Below are positions 39,069-49,054 of a stretch of 64,000 nucleotides of DNA, piece after piece. Under the pieces are notes generated by a model. The model saw nothing but the letters and a program-made list of their open reading frames with translations, ran no database searches and was not told the DNA's origin. A program made the translations under genes and the position numbers. Location: IMG/VR virus record IMGVR_UViG_3300026549_002477; one strand, written 5' to 3'. Source of the DNA: an uncultured virus (IMG/VR IMGVR_UViG_3300026549_002477) (lineage: Duplodnaviria; Heunggongvirae; Uroviricota; Caudoviricetes). How positions within the stretch are numbered: the stretch's first letter is position 1; each line of letters opens with the position of its first letter.

Positions 39069-40382
39069 ATGCAAGCTGGTTATGATCAGTACGGAAATCC
39101 ATCTAATTTACTTATACAGTATAAAAATTACAGACCTGAATATGGACTTATAAATATAAACCTATATAGTTCTGCACCAAGCGTATTATCTGATAGAGAT
39201 AAACAAGTATTTGTCAGAAATTACAGATTTTCAGTTGGTGCTGTGAATATATTTGACAATGTACTTAAGGTTTGTAGGAATAATGGTTTAAAATTAAACA
39301 GAGCTTTATTATCTCAGGGTATGCAGATGAATGAAGCTCAAATAAAAATGATCAACTATATGTATAAGATTTATACTGGTGGAATTGTCATTGACAATGA
39401 TCAACAGTTAATGAAACATCAGAAGTTGATGAATAACGGATCTAGTATTGATATTGGAGACCTTCCTGTTAGTCAAGTTACTGATGTTCCAAGGCTTGTA
39501 CTTATAGCTGGAATTAATCAAGAGCCATTTACAATTTGGAACAGCGAAAATTATAAAGGTGACGATGCTTATTATACTGTAGCAGATATAAGTGGATCTA
39601 CAATCACAATTATGACTGATAAGACACCGAAGATCAAATATGGTGGATCTACAGAAGTTAAAGGTGTCCTTGAAGTTAAAGGAAAAGCTGTTGTAAGAAG
39701 ATATGTAGAAAAGAATTCTGATTTGATACATGAAGTAATATTAAAAACAACAGATTTAAAAGGTAATATAACTTCAATGGATTCTTCTTATACGGACTAT
39801 GAGAAGAAGTGTAGAGATAAATATAAAGAAATACATGATAATTTCTTTAGAGAAGCTCACAGACATCCAGGATACAGATATAAAGAAGATGACCTTATAA
39901 AGTATGCTTACAGATATGGGTTGGATATTAGGGATGTGCACAACATTCAGGATTTAAAAGATCCTCGTTGTCATCAGTATGTTAACAAGACAATAGTATC
40001 TATTAATAAAAATTTTTGTAGATTATGTAACCGTTATATAATTGTTGCATCATTTAGAGAGCCAGATTTTCACTTTGGAAAATATACAATAATCAATGAA
40101 GATGGTAAAAGATACTATGTATTCGCAACTATACTACGAGGTCAGAAAAATGGAGTAACAGGTTTAAAGGGTGGTTCTCAAAGAATTTACAGATATGGCG
40201 TAAATAAAAATAAAATCAAGAGTGATCTTGAGAGAACTGCTTATTGGTTATATAATTATTATCAAACAAATCCATCAAGTAGACTACATGGAATAAAAGT
40301 AAATTATGATGGAGCAAACACAGATTTTAGACTTATTGACAGAGAAGAGCCTGAAGATGATTCAAGCTACGTGGATGTATAA
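39069..40382 (+). CDS. Hypothetical protein
   Basis: 437-aa ORF; AAGGGG RBS. Confidence 0.7.
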   Translation: MQAGYDQYGNPSNLLIQYKNYRPEYGLININLYSSAPSVLSDRDKQVFVRNYRFSVGAVNIFDNVLKVCRNNGLKLNRALLSQGMQMNEAQIKMINYMYKIYTGGIVIDNDQQLMKHQKLMNNGSSIDIGDLPVSQVTDVPRLVLIAGINQEPFTIWNSENYKGDDAYYTVADISGSTITIMTDKTPKIKYGGSTEVKGVLEVKGKAVVRRYVEKNSDLIHEVILKTTDLKGNITSMDSSYTDYEKKCRDKYKEIHDNFFREAHRHPGYRYKEDDLIKYAYRYGLDIRDVHNIQDLKDPRCHQYVNKTIVSINKNFCRLCNRYIIVASFREPDFHFGKYTIINEDGKRYYVFATILRGQKNGVTGLKGGSQRIYRYGVNKNKIKSDLERTAYWLYNYYQTNPSSRLHGIKVNYDGANTDFRLIDREEPEDDSSYVDV

Positions 40383-40384
40383 AG

Positions 40385-41020
40385 ATGCAAGATAAAGAGA
40401 TACTTGAGATGTTAAAAGATGTGCACGGTGATGGAGTTATGTGCACCAATGGTTTATTTTCAATTTATGATAACAAGCATCATGAAATCTATATTGATCC
40501 AATAACTGGCGAGATTGACAAGCGAGCTTCTTATAGGACACTCGTAGTTCTTGATGAAACTATAGTGGCTCAAGTTCTGGATCGTAAGGATGCAAGGTTT
40601 GTCATATTAAAGAAAGATGATCTACATACATTATATAGTACAAAAGGGAAAATATATTATATAGACAATGATCTTGTATGTGATTACATAAATAATTCTT
40701 GTAAGCTTATATCACATACTGGTAAGATACTTAATGTATATAATGATACACAGAGTATAAAGAAGATTTGGAACAGTTATTATATAACTCAATCCTTTAA
40801 GATGTATAGTGATATAGCTTTACATTATAACAGATGCAATGATTCAATAAGTAATATATCAATGAATGAAAGATATGACATTGATATTATTAATAAAACT
40901 AAAGGAACTGTACTTGTAACTCCTATGGGCGGGATTAGTTACAAGTATGATTTTAAGAATAAGAAGGTTTATAACACATTTACAGGTAAAGAAGTGGATA
41001 AGCAATTATTTGTGTCATAG
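40385..41020 (+). CDS. Hypothetical protein (beta-rich)
   Basis: Coupled ORF. Confidence 0.65.
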   Translation: MQDKEILEMLKDVHGDGVMCTNGLFSIYDNKHHEIYIDPITGEIDKRASYRTLVVLDETIVAQVLDRKDARFVILKKDDLHTLYSTKGKIYYIDNDLVCDYINNSCKLISHTGKILNVYNDTQSIKKIWNSYYITQSFKMYSDIALHYNRCNDSISNISMNERYDIDIINKTKGTVLVTPMGGISYKYDFKNKKVYNTFTGKEVDKQLFVS

Positions 41021-41033
41021 CAGAGGATTTAAA

Positions 41034-41528
41034 ATGAATGAAAGAATGTCAAAAGACGAGTACTATTTAAAGATTGCTGAGACTGTGCTAGAGAGAAGTA
41101 CATGCCTTAGAAGGAAGTATGGAGCTGTCATAGTTAAGAATGATGAAATTGTTTCAACTGGTTATAATGGCAGTCCGAGAGGTCTGATTAACTGTATTGA
41201 TAGAGGCGAGTGCCAGAGAGAAAAGTTGATGATCCCAAAGGGTCAGAGATATGAACTTTGTAGAGCAGTACATGCAGAAGAAAATGCAATTATCAGTGCT
41301 GGTAGAGAAAAGACTCTTGGCTCTACAATATACATTGTAGGTAAGGAAGTAAGCAATGGTGAATATGCTAATCCATCTCCATGTATTATGTGTAGCAAAG
41401 CTATTATAAATGCTGGCATTGTTAGAGTTGTTGGGAATGATAAAGGTAAAGTAGCAGAGATTGATCCAGTTAAGATCCTTAATGACTATTATGGAGAAAT
41501 GTTAAGTAATACATTTAAGGATTTTTAA
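41034..41528 (+). CDS. dCMP deaminase (ComEB family)
   Basis: RSTCLRR.YGAVIV, TGYNG, HAEENAI and PCIMC motifs; GAGG RBS before ATG 41034. Confidence 0.92.
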   Translation: MNERMSKDEYYLKIAETVLERSTCLRRKYGAVIVKNDEIVSTGYNGSPRGLINCIDRGECQREKLMIPKGQRYELCRAVHAEENAIISAGREKTLGSTIYIVGKEVSNGEYANPSPCIMCSKAIINAGIVRVVGNDKGKVAEIDPVKILNDYYGEMLSNTFKDF

Positions 41529-41778
41529 TTGAACATTGCATATGTAAGCTTAAAGTCAAAATCATAGTTTATTTAGTTAATTGATTATTTTTCATGAGAT
41601 AGTTAAAAACTAAAAATAATTATTAACATAACATGAAAATCAGTAATAAACCAAGGTTAAAAAGTTGAGTATACAGTGTTGAATTTTTGGTATACATTAC
41701 AAGGTCAACATTGTTGATAAAAAATCAAGGATTTTTAGAATGATTTGTGAACATTGATATTTTGGAGGACATTAAGAT

Positions 41779-43041
41779 ATGGCTAATAAACCAAATTTTA
41801 ACCACAATGAGAACAGTGGAAATAGAAACATTAAAATTGGCAGAGATAACATTGATTTTAACAATAATACATTTGATGATGATCAAACATTAGATTCTTC
41901 TGATGACTTTGACTTTGATGATGATATAACTGATGATACCACTGATTTTCCTAATGTACCAATAGAAAATAAGACGATCAGGCAGAATAATGTTAATAAG
42001 CAAGCTCAGAGATCAATGGATCAGAGTAAGCAAAACAATAGACCAATGAATCAGAATCAACAAAATAGTTCTAGAAGTGTACAGAATGCTGAGGCAAAAA
42101 CTGAGAAGAAGAGTCCATTGTTCAAGAAGGCTAATGATAACAGTAAGCCAGTAAAGGAAAAACCAAAAAAGCAAAAAATTTCTAGCCATAAGAAGACTAG
42201 TAATAATTTTGTTAGACCAGGACATGAAAATGATACAACTACTAAAAAGAATCTTAATGTTAAAAAGATCATTGTTCCAGTTGTTGCAGCAGCTGTTGTT
42301 GTGTGTGTTGGGCTAGCAGGATTTAAGTATTACAAGGCAAATATGGTTTATGATCCTCTTGTAGAAGCTGCTCAGCAAAAGGATAAAATTATCCTTGCTT
42401 CCGAATCAGATAATTCTAGTAGTGATTCCTCTAAGGCAGTTGAAACTGATGCTGATAAGTATGCTAATGTTGAAAATACTGTATTAAATGCTGGAAAATC
42501 AGCTGACTTACCTGTTGTGATAACAACTCAACTTGAAGGTGAGAGTGGATATACTGATCATTCTACTTATATTACAGTTAAGAATAATGGTATCATTGAA
42601 GATGAGAATAAGATAAAAGATATAATTGACAAGTATAATGAAAATGCATCATCAGTGATTAATGCTGATAGCATTAAACAGGATGGATATACAGCTCAGA
42701 TCTATGATATAGAAATTGATATTCCAGATGACTTCCCGACTTCTGATACAAAACATAATAAAACATATATGAAATTTGATGAACCAACTTTTGTTATTAG
42801 AGGTACTGATAAAGAAAACCTTAAAGCTGTTATAAGTGAAGATAATGAGTATGCTATTCCTGTTGCTACAAATGTAACTACAGATGATTTTTCAAATACA
42901 GTAGTTGGCGGAGCTTATCATACATATTGGCTTGTACTGATGCCATCAGATGTTAAGACAAGCGCTTATGAATATGACTTTACTATTGGATCTAATGAAA
43001 TGAATGGGGATCACACAATTATGATGTCTGGTCAGGAGTAA
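41779..43041 (+). CDS. Single-pass membrane protein with a disordered N-terminus
   Basis: Acidic/basic low-complexity N-terminus; TM IIVPVVAAAVVVCVGLAGF; beta-rich C-terminal domain. Confidence 0.7.
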   Translation: MANKPNFNHNENSGNRNIKIGRDNIDFNNNTFDDDQTLDSSDDFDFDDDITDDTTDFPNVPIENKTIRQNNVNKQAQRSMDQSKQNNRPMNQNQQNSSRSVQNAEAKTEKKSPLFKKANDNSKPVKEKPKKQKISSHKKTSNNFVRPGHENDTTTKKNLNVKKIIVPVVAAAVVVCVGLAGFKYYKANMVYDPLVEAAQQKDKIILASESDNSSSDSSKAVETDADKYANVENTVLNAGKSADLPVVITTQLEGESGYTDHSTYITVKNNGIIEDENKIKDIIDKYNENASSVINADSIKQDGYTAQIYDIEIDIPDDFPTSDTKHNKTYMKFDEPTFVIRGTDKENLKAVISEDNEYAIPVATNVTTDDFSNTVVGGAYHTYWLVLMPSDVKTSAYEYDFTIGSNEMNGDHTIMMSGQE

Positions 43042-43046
43042 TAATT

Positions 43047-43979
43047 TTGGAATTACATGTTAAAAAGGCTAAAAAGAAATTAGCTAAAATTGAACATAAA
43101 AAACCAGTAAAGACTACTAAAATTAAAAAGCCTGTAATAAGTACTAGATATGCAGATGAAACAGAATTGCATACTATAGGTATACAGGTTGGGTTTAACA
43201 GAATTACTTATGGATGTATCAAGAGCTGTGAAGCTGAGAGAATCAGTCTTCCAGAGGGAACTATAAATCTTACTGGAAGCTGGGATGAGATAATTTTGAC
43301 AATGTTATCTGCTTTATTAAGCTATGATAATGCTCAAGAGATAATGGTCGATAATGGTTTATGCAGTGACTACTTTATTGTAGACAGCAAATATGGTAAG
43401 TTAACAAGCAACATTAGATATAAGACATATAAGATTCCTGGAACAAACTTATTTCTTGAGATGTCAAACGATTATAAGACTGTATATAAAGCTATAAGAG
43501 ATTTGATTAAGTGCTTAGGATATGAAGAAAAGGACATTATGATTGATATTTATAATCCTAAGACAAGAGAAGTAAGTAAAACTATAGTATTACTTGATCA
43601 AAACGAAAAGTTAGTAAGCATTGATGAATTAAAGGATTACTTAAAAAAGAAGTGGTATATATCTGGCGTAGTTGTAAATAGTCAATTTTATGATTGTTCA
43701 GAATTAAAAGTAGCCCTTGTAATTGTGTTAAAAACATTTGTGTTTAAATATGCAGATGTAAGTAAATATAATACTAAAAAGATAGGCGTGTGTGACATAG
43801 GAGATTCTGAATTACCAACTGCTAGATTGAATGAAAACCAAGAGGTTTATGATGCTGGTGATACAACTGAAGAAATAACTTATATTAAGAAATTAGCAAG
43901 TAAGTATAATGAGGTAGTTAAATTTAAATTAAAAACTATTCAAAAATTTGTTCCTAAACATGAATGGGAAACTGATTAA
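43047..43979 (+). CDS. Hypothetical protein
   Basis: AGGAG RBS then TTG; lysine-rich N-terminus. Confidence 0.65.
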   Translation: MELHVKKAKKKLAKIEHKKPVKTTKIKKPVISTRYADETELHTIGIQVGFNRITYGCIKSCEAERISLPEGTINLTGSWDEIILTMLSALLSYDNAQEIMVDNGLCSDYFIVDSKYGKLTSNIRYKTYKIPGTNLFLEMSNDYKTVYKAIRDLIKCLGYEEKDIMIDIYNPKTREVSKTIVLLDQNEKLVSIDELKDYLKKKWYISGVVVNSQFYDCSELKVALVIVLKTFVFKYADVSKYNTKKIGVCDIGDSELPTARLNENQEVYDAGDTTEEITYIKKLASKYNEVVKFKLKTIQKFVPKHEWETD

Positions 43980-44014
43980 CATTATTGCGTGACTAAAAAC
44001 ATAGGAGAGTTAAA

Positions 44015-45619
44015 ATGTACTACATTTCAAGAGATGCTAAGCCAGATATTCAAGGAATGAAAGCCACTATGGAAGGTTTGATGGCTCGTGGAATTAGGAT
44101 TGCAGATTGTGAGGGTGTTCTTCAGTATTATACTAATAATCGAGAAGCCTTAAAAGATAAGATTAAAAATAGTTATGGAATAAATAATCCAAATAGTTCT
44201 GCTCAAATTACAGCTAAACTTGAAGAACTTAGTGATTCGGAGCAAAACTATAAAGATAGAAATCCAATTATTGAAAATTGTTTTGATGAAAGAACTCATA
44301 AGTGGACTAGCAAAGCAGAGGCTCTTGAAAAATTAGCTGATCTTGGATATACATTTGCTCAGGATATTTTGAGTTATCGTAAGTATAAAAAATATGCAGA
44401 CAGTATTGAAGGAATGTTAAAGGCAAGAGATTCTGATGGGATTGTGCATCCAACAGTAACACTTGCTAAAACTAATAGAATACAGTATTCAAATCCTGGT
44501 ATCCTTACAATTCCAAAGGATTTGCTTTGGAAAATTATTGCACCATATAAACAGGGAGATGTTCTCTTTAGTGCTGATATAAAGAACCAAGAGCCAAGTA
44601 TTTTAATTAATTTTTGTGGTGCTGATGAACTAAAGCCAGCCTTGAGTAGCCCAGATGGTTTGTACGAAACGATGTTTAAGAGCTGTTTTAAACCAAGAGC
44701 AAAGGCCAATGTGTTTGTTGGGATTGGTCTTGAAAACAGGGCTTATGATCCAAAAGCATTGTTAGAGACTGGCAGGATACAGGATATAAATAAATTATAT
44801 GCAGAAAAACCTGGAACAAACAGCATTTATTATAATAATAAACAAGTAACAGAGATTCAGCCAGTTTGTTTGGGTGGAACTAAAGGCGAGAGACCAAATC
44901 TTCCAGATACGGTTGTAATTGAAACAAGTGATGGGTATACATATAGGGTTCCAGTAAAATGGCATGAAGAAGATATAGAAAGTGGTTTTAATAAAAATAA
45001 AGATTATACAATCCTTGGGGATTTGGATGATCTTGAAGTAAAAATCAATAAAATAGAAAGAAAAGAGTTTAAGACATCTTGGAACGCTATAAGCTATGGT
45101 TCTTCTATTCAGGGTGTCAAAAGTATTTGTAAAGTAATTGACGGTACTAAGGTATATAAGTATATTACTGGTATTTCACAGTTAAAGACTTATCGTTCAG
45201 CTATTAGTAAGTGGGCTAGGGGGCATAATACAAGAATTAAAACAGTATTTGGCACTCAGCTGGATGCTGGAGCTGAAAATCAGTATGATGTTAAAAGACT
45301 TGAGAGAATTTTACTTGATCTTCCAATTCAAGGTACTGGTGCAGATATTTTGAGTTTATTGATTAAGCACTTTTATGAGTATACAAAGCAAAATGGACTT
45401 GATGATAAACTTGAAGTATATTATACAAGACATGATGAGCTAATTATTGAAGCTAATGGAGAATGGGTTAGATCAGTAGGAATTGATAAAGTAACAAGTA
45501 TTCTTCATGATATGCTTGAGCACCAAATTGCTGATTGGGTTCCGTTCAAAATGGACATTGGGCCAGTTAGTTCGAATGTGAGTGAATTAGATAGTTTTGA
45601 CATTGATGAGGATGATTAA
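44015..45619 (+). CDS. polA: Family A DNA polymerase, polymerase domain only, with a ~120-aa insertion in the fingers
   Basis: INNPNSSAQI, TNRIQYSNP, motif A SADIKNQEP, motif B RKEFKTSWNAISYG, PIQGTGADI and motif C RHDELI. Confidence 0.88.
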   Translation: MYYISRDAKPDIQGMKATMEGLMARGIRIADCEGVLQYYTNNREALKDKIKNSYGINNPNSSAQITAKLEELSDSEQNYKDRNPIIENCFDERTHKWTSKAEALEKLADLGYTFAQDILSYRKYKKYADSIEGMLKARDSDGIVHPTVTLAKTNRIQYSNPGILTIPKDLLWKIIAPYKQGDVLFSADIKNQEPSILINFCGADELKPALSSPDGLYETMFKSCFKPRAKANVFVGIGLENRAYDPKALLETGRIQDINKLYAEKPGTNSIYYNNKQVTEIQPVCLGGTKGERPNLPDTVVIETSDGYTYRVPVKWHEEDIESGFNKNKDYTILGDLDDLEVKINKIERKEFKTSWNAISYGSSIQGVKSICKVIDGTKVYKYITGISQLKTYRSAISKWARGHNTRIKTVFGTQLDAGAENQYDVKRLERILLDLPIQGTGADILSLLIKHFYEYTKQNGLDDKLEVYYTRHDELIIEANGEWVRSVGIDKVTSILHDMLEHQIADWVPFKMDIGPVSSNVSELDSFDIDEDD

Positions 45620-45646
45620 TGAGAATTGTTTAAGAGGTGAACATTA

Positions 45647-47176
45647 ATGAGTAATAGAAAGCTTAAAATACGAGCTATTGCATTGGGACTTATAGCTAGC
45701 ATGGGTCTTACTGGATGCAGTTCTCTTAAAAGTGAAATGTCTACTTGGATGAATAACAATAAAGAAATTCATCTATCTGTTGAAGATGCAGGTGAGCAAC
45801 CAGAAAGACTTCAGACTACTTGGGTTGAGTTGGATCAGTTAGATACTTTTCCAAAAATCAGATCTGCTTATGATGAAGCATGTGGAAACATCGTGTTCTC
45901 TCTTGGTTCAAAGAATGGGGTTCTGTTTGTAGACTCAGATACTGGGGATACTAATGGTGCTTGGAAAGGTAATAATACATTATACAGTGTATTTAAGAAT
46001 AAGAATTTTGAAAACCTTTGGGGGGATGCATCATTTAGACAGAGTATAGCTGATGCTACTAAGGAGACATTTCCAGATGTAGCTGGTTTTTCAGATGGAT
46101 ACTCTCTGATAATGACTGCTACAAATGCTTATTTTAATATATTTGCAACAAATTCAGATGGAACATCTGGAATGAGTAACATTGCAACAAGAGCTGAAGC
46201 AATGACAGGTATTTATAAATCTGATCATGAAGTTACAGCTCTTACCGAAGATGATAATTTTACATTAGCTGTAGGTAATAATTCAAATAATTTGTATGCA
46301 CAAAATGAAGTGAATAACAGCTATCTTAAGACAGATGATAGCAGTTTAAACTATGATACATACAATAGTCCAATTACAAGAGCAGAAGTATTGTACTTGT
46401 TGATGAATGAGTATTATCCAAGCGAAATGAAAGACCTTGAAAATCAGAAAAATTCTCTGGATGCAGGTTTCACTGATGTAACCAATGGTGGTGATATGAC
46501 ATCTAAACTTGGGTTCACTGATAAATTTGCTCATGAAGAGTATGTGTTAGAATACTGTTTAAGAAAGCCAGATAAACTTGATTCTGAACTATATAAAGCT
46601 CTATATGTTGCTAAAGAACATGGAATAATAAATTCAAAAGAATCTAAATGGTATAAAAATGTTACTGTTTTTGAATGCCTTGACTATATGATTAATACTA
46701 TAGAGGCTAAAATAAAAGAAAATGGATATACAGTAGCCGCAGACATGGGTTCAAATGCTGGCACTGATTATTATGCAGAAGCTATAAAGGAAGCTCAAGA
46801 AGCTGCTGAAGCAAATAGAGAGTCTATCAATATTGAAGGTGCTAAGATCACAAAGATTAGAGACCTTACAAAGATTGATGATCTTCTTAAAGAATGTGCT
46901 GATGAAATTGATATGACTGATGAAGAAATTGCTGAAGCTAAAGCAAACGTTAAGGGATTTACATTTACACCAGTTGATAAGTATATGTACGTAAGTGCTA
47001 GTGCATTGAATGTAAGAACTGGCCCCAATACTTCATTTAGAATTATTAAGACAGTACCACATGGAGATAAAGCGCATATTGTTGGTATATGCAATGAAAC
47101 AAGATGGTTTAGAGTACTTATTGATGGTAAGATAGCTTATCAGTGTAACATTTATTTCTCTGATAAAGCTGAGTAA
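45647..47176 (+). CDS. Lipoprotein with SLH-like motifs and a C-terminal SH3b domain
   Basis: Lipobox LTGC; ATRAEA and ITRAEV; ALNVRTGP.T.F.II...G....W. Confidence 0.72.
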   Translation: MSNRKLKIRAIALGLIASMGLTGCSSLKSEMSTWMNNNKEIHLSVEDAGEQPERLQTTWVELDQLDTFPKIRSAYDEACGNIVFSLGSKNGVLFVDSDTGDTNGAWKGNNTLYSVFKNKNFENLWGDASFRQSIADATKETFPDVAGFSDGYSLIMTATNAYFNIFATNSDGTSGMSNIATRAEAMTGIYKSDHEVTALTEDDNFTLAVGNNSNNLYAQNEVNNSYLKTDDSSLNYDTYNSPITRAEVLYLLMNEYYPSEMKDLENQKNSLDAGFTDVTNGGDMTSKLGFTDKFAHEEYVLEYCLRKPDKLDSELYKALYVAKEHGIINSKESKWYKNVTVFECLDYMINTIEAKIKENGYTVAADMGSNAGTDYYAEAIKEAQEAAEANRESINIEGAKITKIRDLTKIDDLLKECADEIDMTDEEIAEAKANVKGFTFTPVDKYMYVSASALNVRTGPNTSFRIIKTVPHGDKAHIVGICNETRWFRVLIDGKIAYQCNIYFSDKAE

Positions 47177-47182
47177 TACTTT

Positions 47183-47214
47183 AGGAGCAACTACATGGGT
47201 AGCTGCTCTTATTT
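47183..47214 (+). terminator. Rho-independent terminator
   Basis: GGAGCAACTAC-ATGG-GTAGCTGCTCT followed by a T-rich tail. Confidence 0.6.
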
Positions 47215-47382
47215 ATGATTGGGGTATAGACATTGTTTATGACATTAAGAATTAAATTGATAGTTTTTAGATTAAGATGCTGAAGAATCAACTGGAAGTG
47301 CTGAGAATACAGAAAGCACAGAAAACATAGAGTCAAGCGAATCTGAACAGAATGATACTGATGAACAGTAATAATTAAGGCT

Positions 47383-47421
47383 TAATAGGAATGACTTGTG
47401 ACAGAAGTCATTCCTATTTTT
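47383..47421 (+). terminator. Rho-independent terminator
   Basis: AATAGGAATGACTT...AAGTCATTCCTATTTTT. Confidence 0.85.
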
Positions 47422-47535
47422 GTGTGTTGGCATTTAAACCAGCATAAAAGTTAGGGTATGTCTGAATAATTAACTTTTGAGTTGATTTTTACTATGATTA
47501 GCGCATAGTAGTTTTATATGCTGGAGGTCAAAAAT

Positions 47536-48891
47536 ATGGGAGCTGATAATAAACCAAGCAAACCTACATTTGAAAAGGAGTACTTAGATAAGCATGAAAA
47601 ACATGTTGTAAATTCTAATGATCAATTAAATAGGGCAAGAACTAGCACAAATACTGCAAACAAGCCTAATATTAGTAACCAGGGTTCTTCTAGAAACCTT
47701 AAAACTAGTGTGCAGTCAAAACCGCCAGTTACACCCGATAATAAAGATGAAGACAATGGAGGTAAGAAACACATGGAAACATGGATGAAGGTTCTGATTG
47801 CAAGTTTATGTGCTGCTGTTGGAATTGGTATCGGAACATATGCTATCTATAGGCATAATCAAGTAATAGATACTACCAGTCAGGTTGAAATTGAGCAACA
47901 GGTAGATCCAAATGAAGCATCAACAGCAGCTACTACTGAAGCACCAGACATTGGAGACTCAGTAGAGATATCTTCAGAGGCTGAAACAGTCATAGAAGAT
48001 GAAGTCAATCTGACAGAACAGTATAAAAAAGAAGCAGAAGGCTACTGGCCAGATTATAAAGATCAAGTTACTTGTGATGAAGATACATTTGTAGATTATT
48101 ATGTCAATGGAAGAATAGATGGATTAGGCCAAGGTGAATCTTTAGCAAATACACTTCATGAATATGCTAAGAAAAAGTCAACAGAAGATTTATCACAAGC
48201 ACAGTCTTCATCCACTTCTTCCACCGATCAAACGGAAGAGGTTGCATCAGAAGCTTCCACAGAGACAGTTGAGCCTCCGTTATATGAAGTAGAGGATATG
48301 GAGCCGACTGTTATGTATACGACGAATGCAGTGAATGCAAGGAAAGGCCCAGATACTTCCTATGATAAAGTTGTAACCTATAAGAAGAGCACATCCCTCA
48401 CAGCAGTTGGTAGAGTTAGTTCGTTTAAAGGGCAGCCAACGGATTGGTATGAGATAAAGAGGAAAGATGGGACGATGGTGTTTGTAGTAGCCTCCTATTT
48501 AACGACTACGAAGCCGGTTGCATCTTCCGCTTCCACCACAACCACAACCACCTCCACCACCAAATCATCCACCAACACCACTACCACTCAGTCCCAGACC
48601 TCCGCTTCCTCTTCTTCACAGTCAGCATCTGCATCCGCATCCACATCCGCATCAACCACACAGCCCGCTCAGCAGCAGCCAGCACAGCAGCCGGCACAGC
48701 AGCAGCCCGCACAGCAGCAGCCCGCACAGCAACAGCCAGCACCGAGTACAGAGCAACCAGCAGTTACCCCTCCGTCACAGAACATCCCTGGTGCAGTAAC
48801 CAGTGACAATGATGGAATTACAGAGGAACAGCCTGAGCCATATACAGATGGCGAGTTATCAGATGCAGATTTGAATGTTCAGTGGTATTAA
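47536..48891 (+). CDS. Membrane-anchored surface protein with an SH3b domain and S/T- and Q/P-rich tail
   Basis: TM VLIASLCAAVGIGIGTYAIY; VNARKGPDTSY...WYEI...VFV SH3b; QQPAQ repeats. Confidence 0.75.
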   Translation: MGADNKPSKPTFEKEYLDKHEKHVVNSNDQLNRARTSTNTANKPNISNQGSSRNLKTSVQSKPPVTPDNKDEDNGGKKHMETWMKVLIASLCAAVGIGIGTYAIYRHNQVIDTTSQVEIEQQVDPNEASTAATTEAPDIGDSVEISSEAETVIEDEVNLTEQYKKEAEGYWPDYKDQVTCDEDTFVDYYVNGRIDGLGQGESLANTLHEYAKKKSTEDLSQAQSSSTSSTDQTEEVASEASTETVEPPLYEVEDMEPTVMYTTNAVNARKGPDTSYDKVVTYKKSTSLTAVGRVSSFKGQPTDWYEIKRKDGTMVFVVASYLTTTKPVASSASTTTTTTSTTKSSTNTTTTQSQTSASSSSQSASASASTSASTTQPAQQQPAQQPAQQQPAQQQPAQQQPAPSTEQPAVTPPSQNIPGAVTSDNDGITEEQPEPYTDGELSDADLNVQWY

Positions 48892-48900
48892 TTCGTTTAG

Positions 48901-48945
48901 ATGCCTCTTCCTTTTAAACATAACTTAATTGGAAGAGGCATTATT
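48901..48945 (+). terminator. Stem-loop after the surface protein gene
   Basis: ATGCCTCTTCC...GGAAGAGGCAT. Confidence 0.6.
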
Positions 48946-49054
48946 AAAAATTAACAGTTAGACTTATAAAACATCATTTAAATTTATAAATCAACAAAAG
49001 TTTTTGGAAGGAAGAAAAGAGATGAAATACACAGTGAGAAAGGAGGAAGGCATT

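Noticed and set aside
44690..45055. Intein in the polymerase
   Set aside because: No C-terminal HN followed by C/S/T, and no recognisable splicing blocks or LAGLIDADG motifs.
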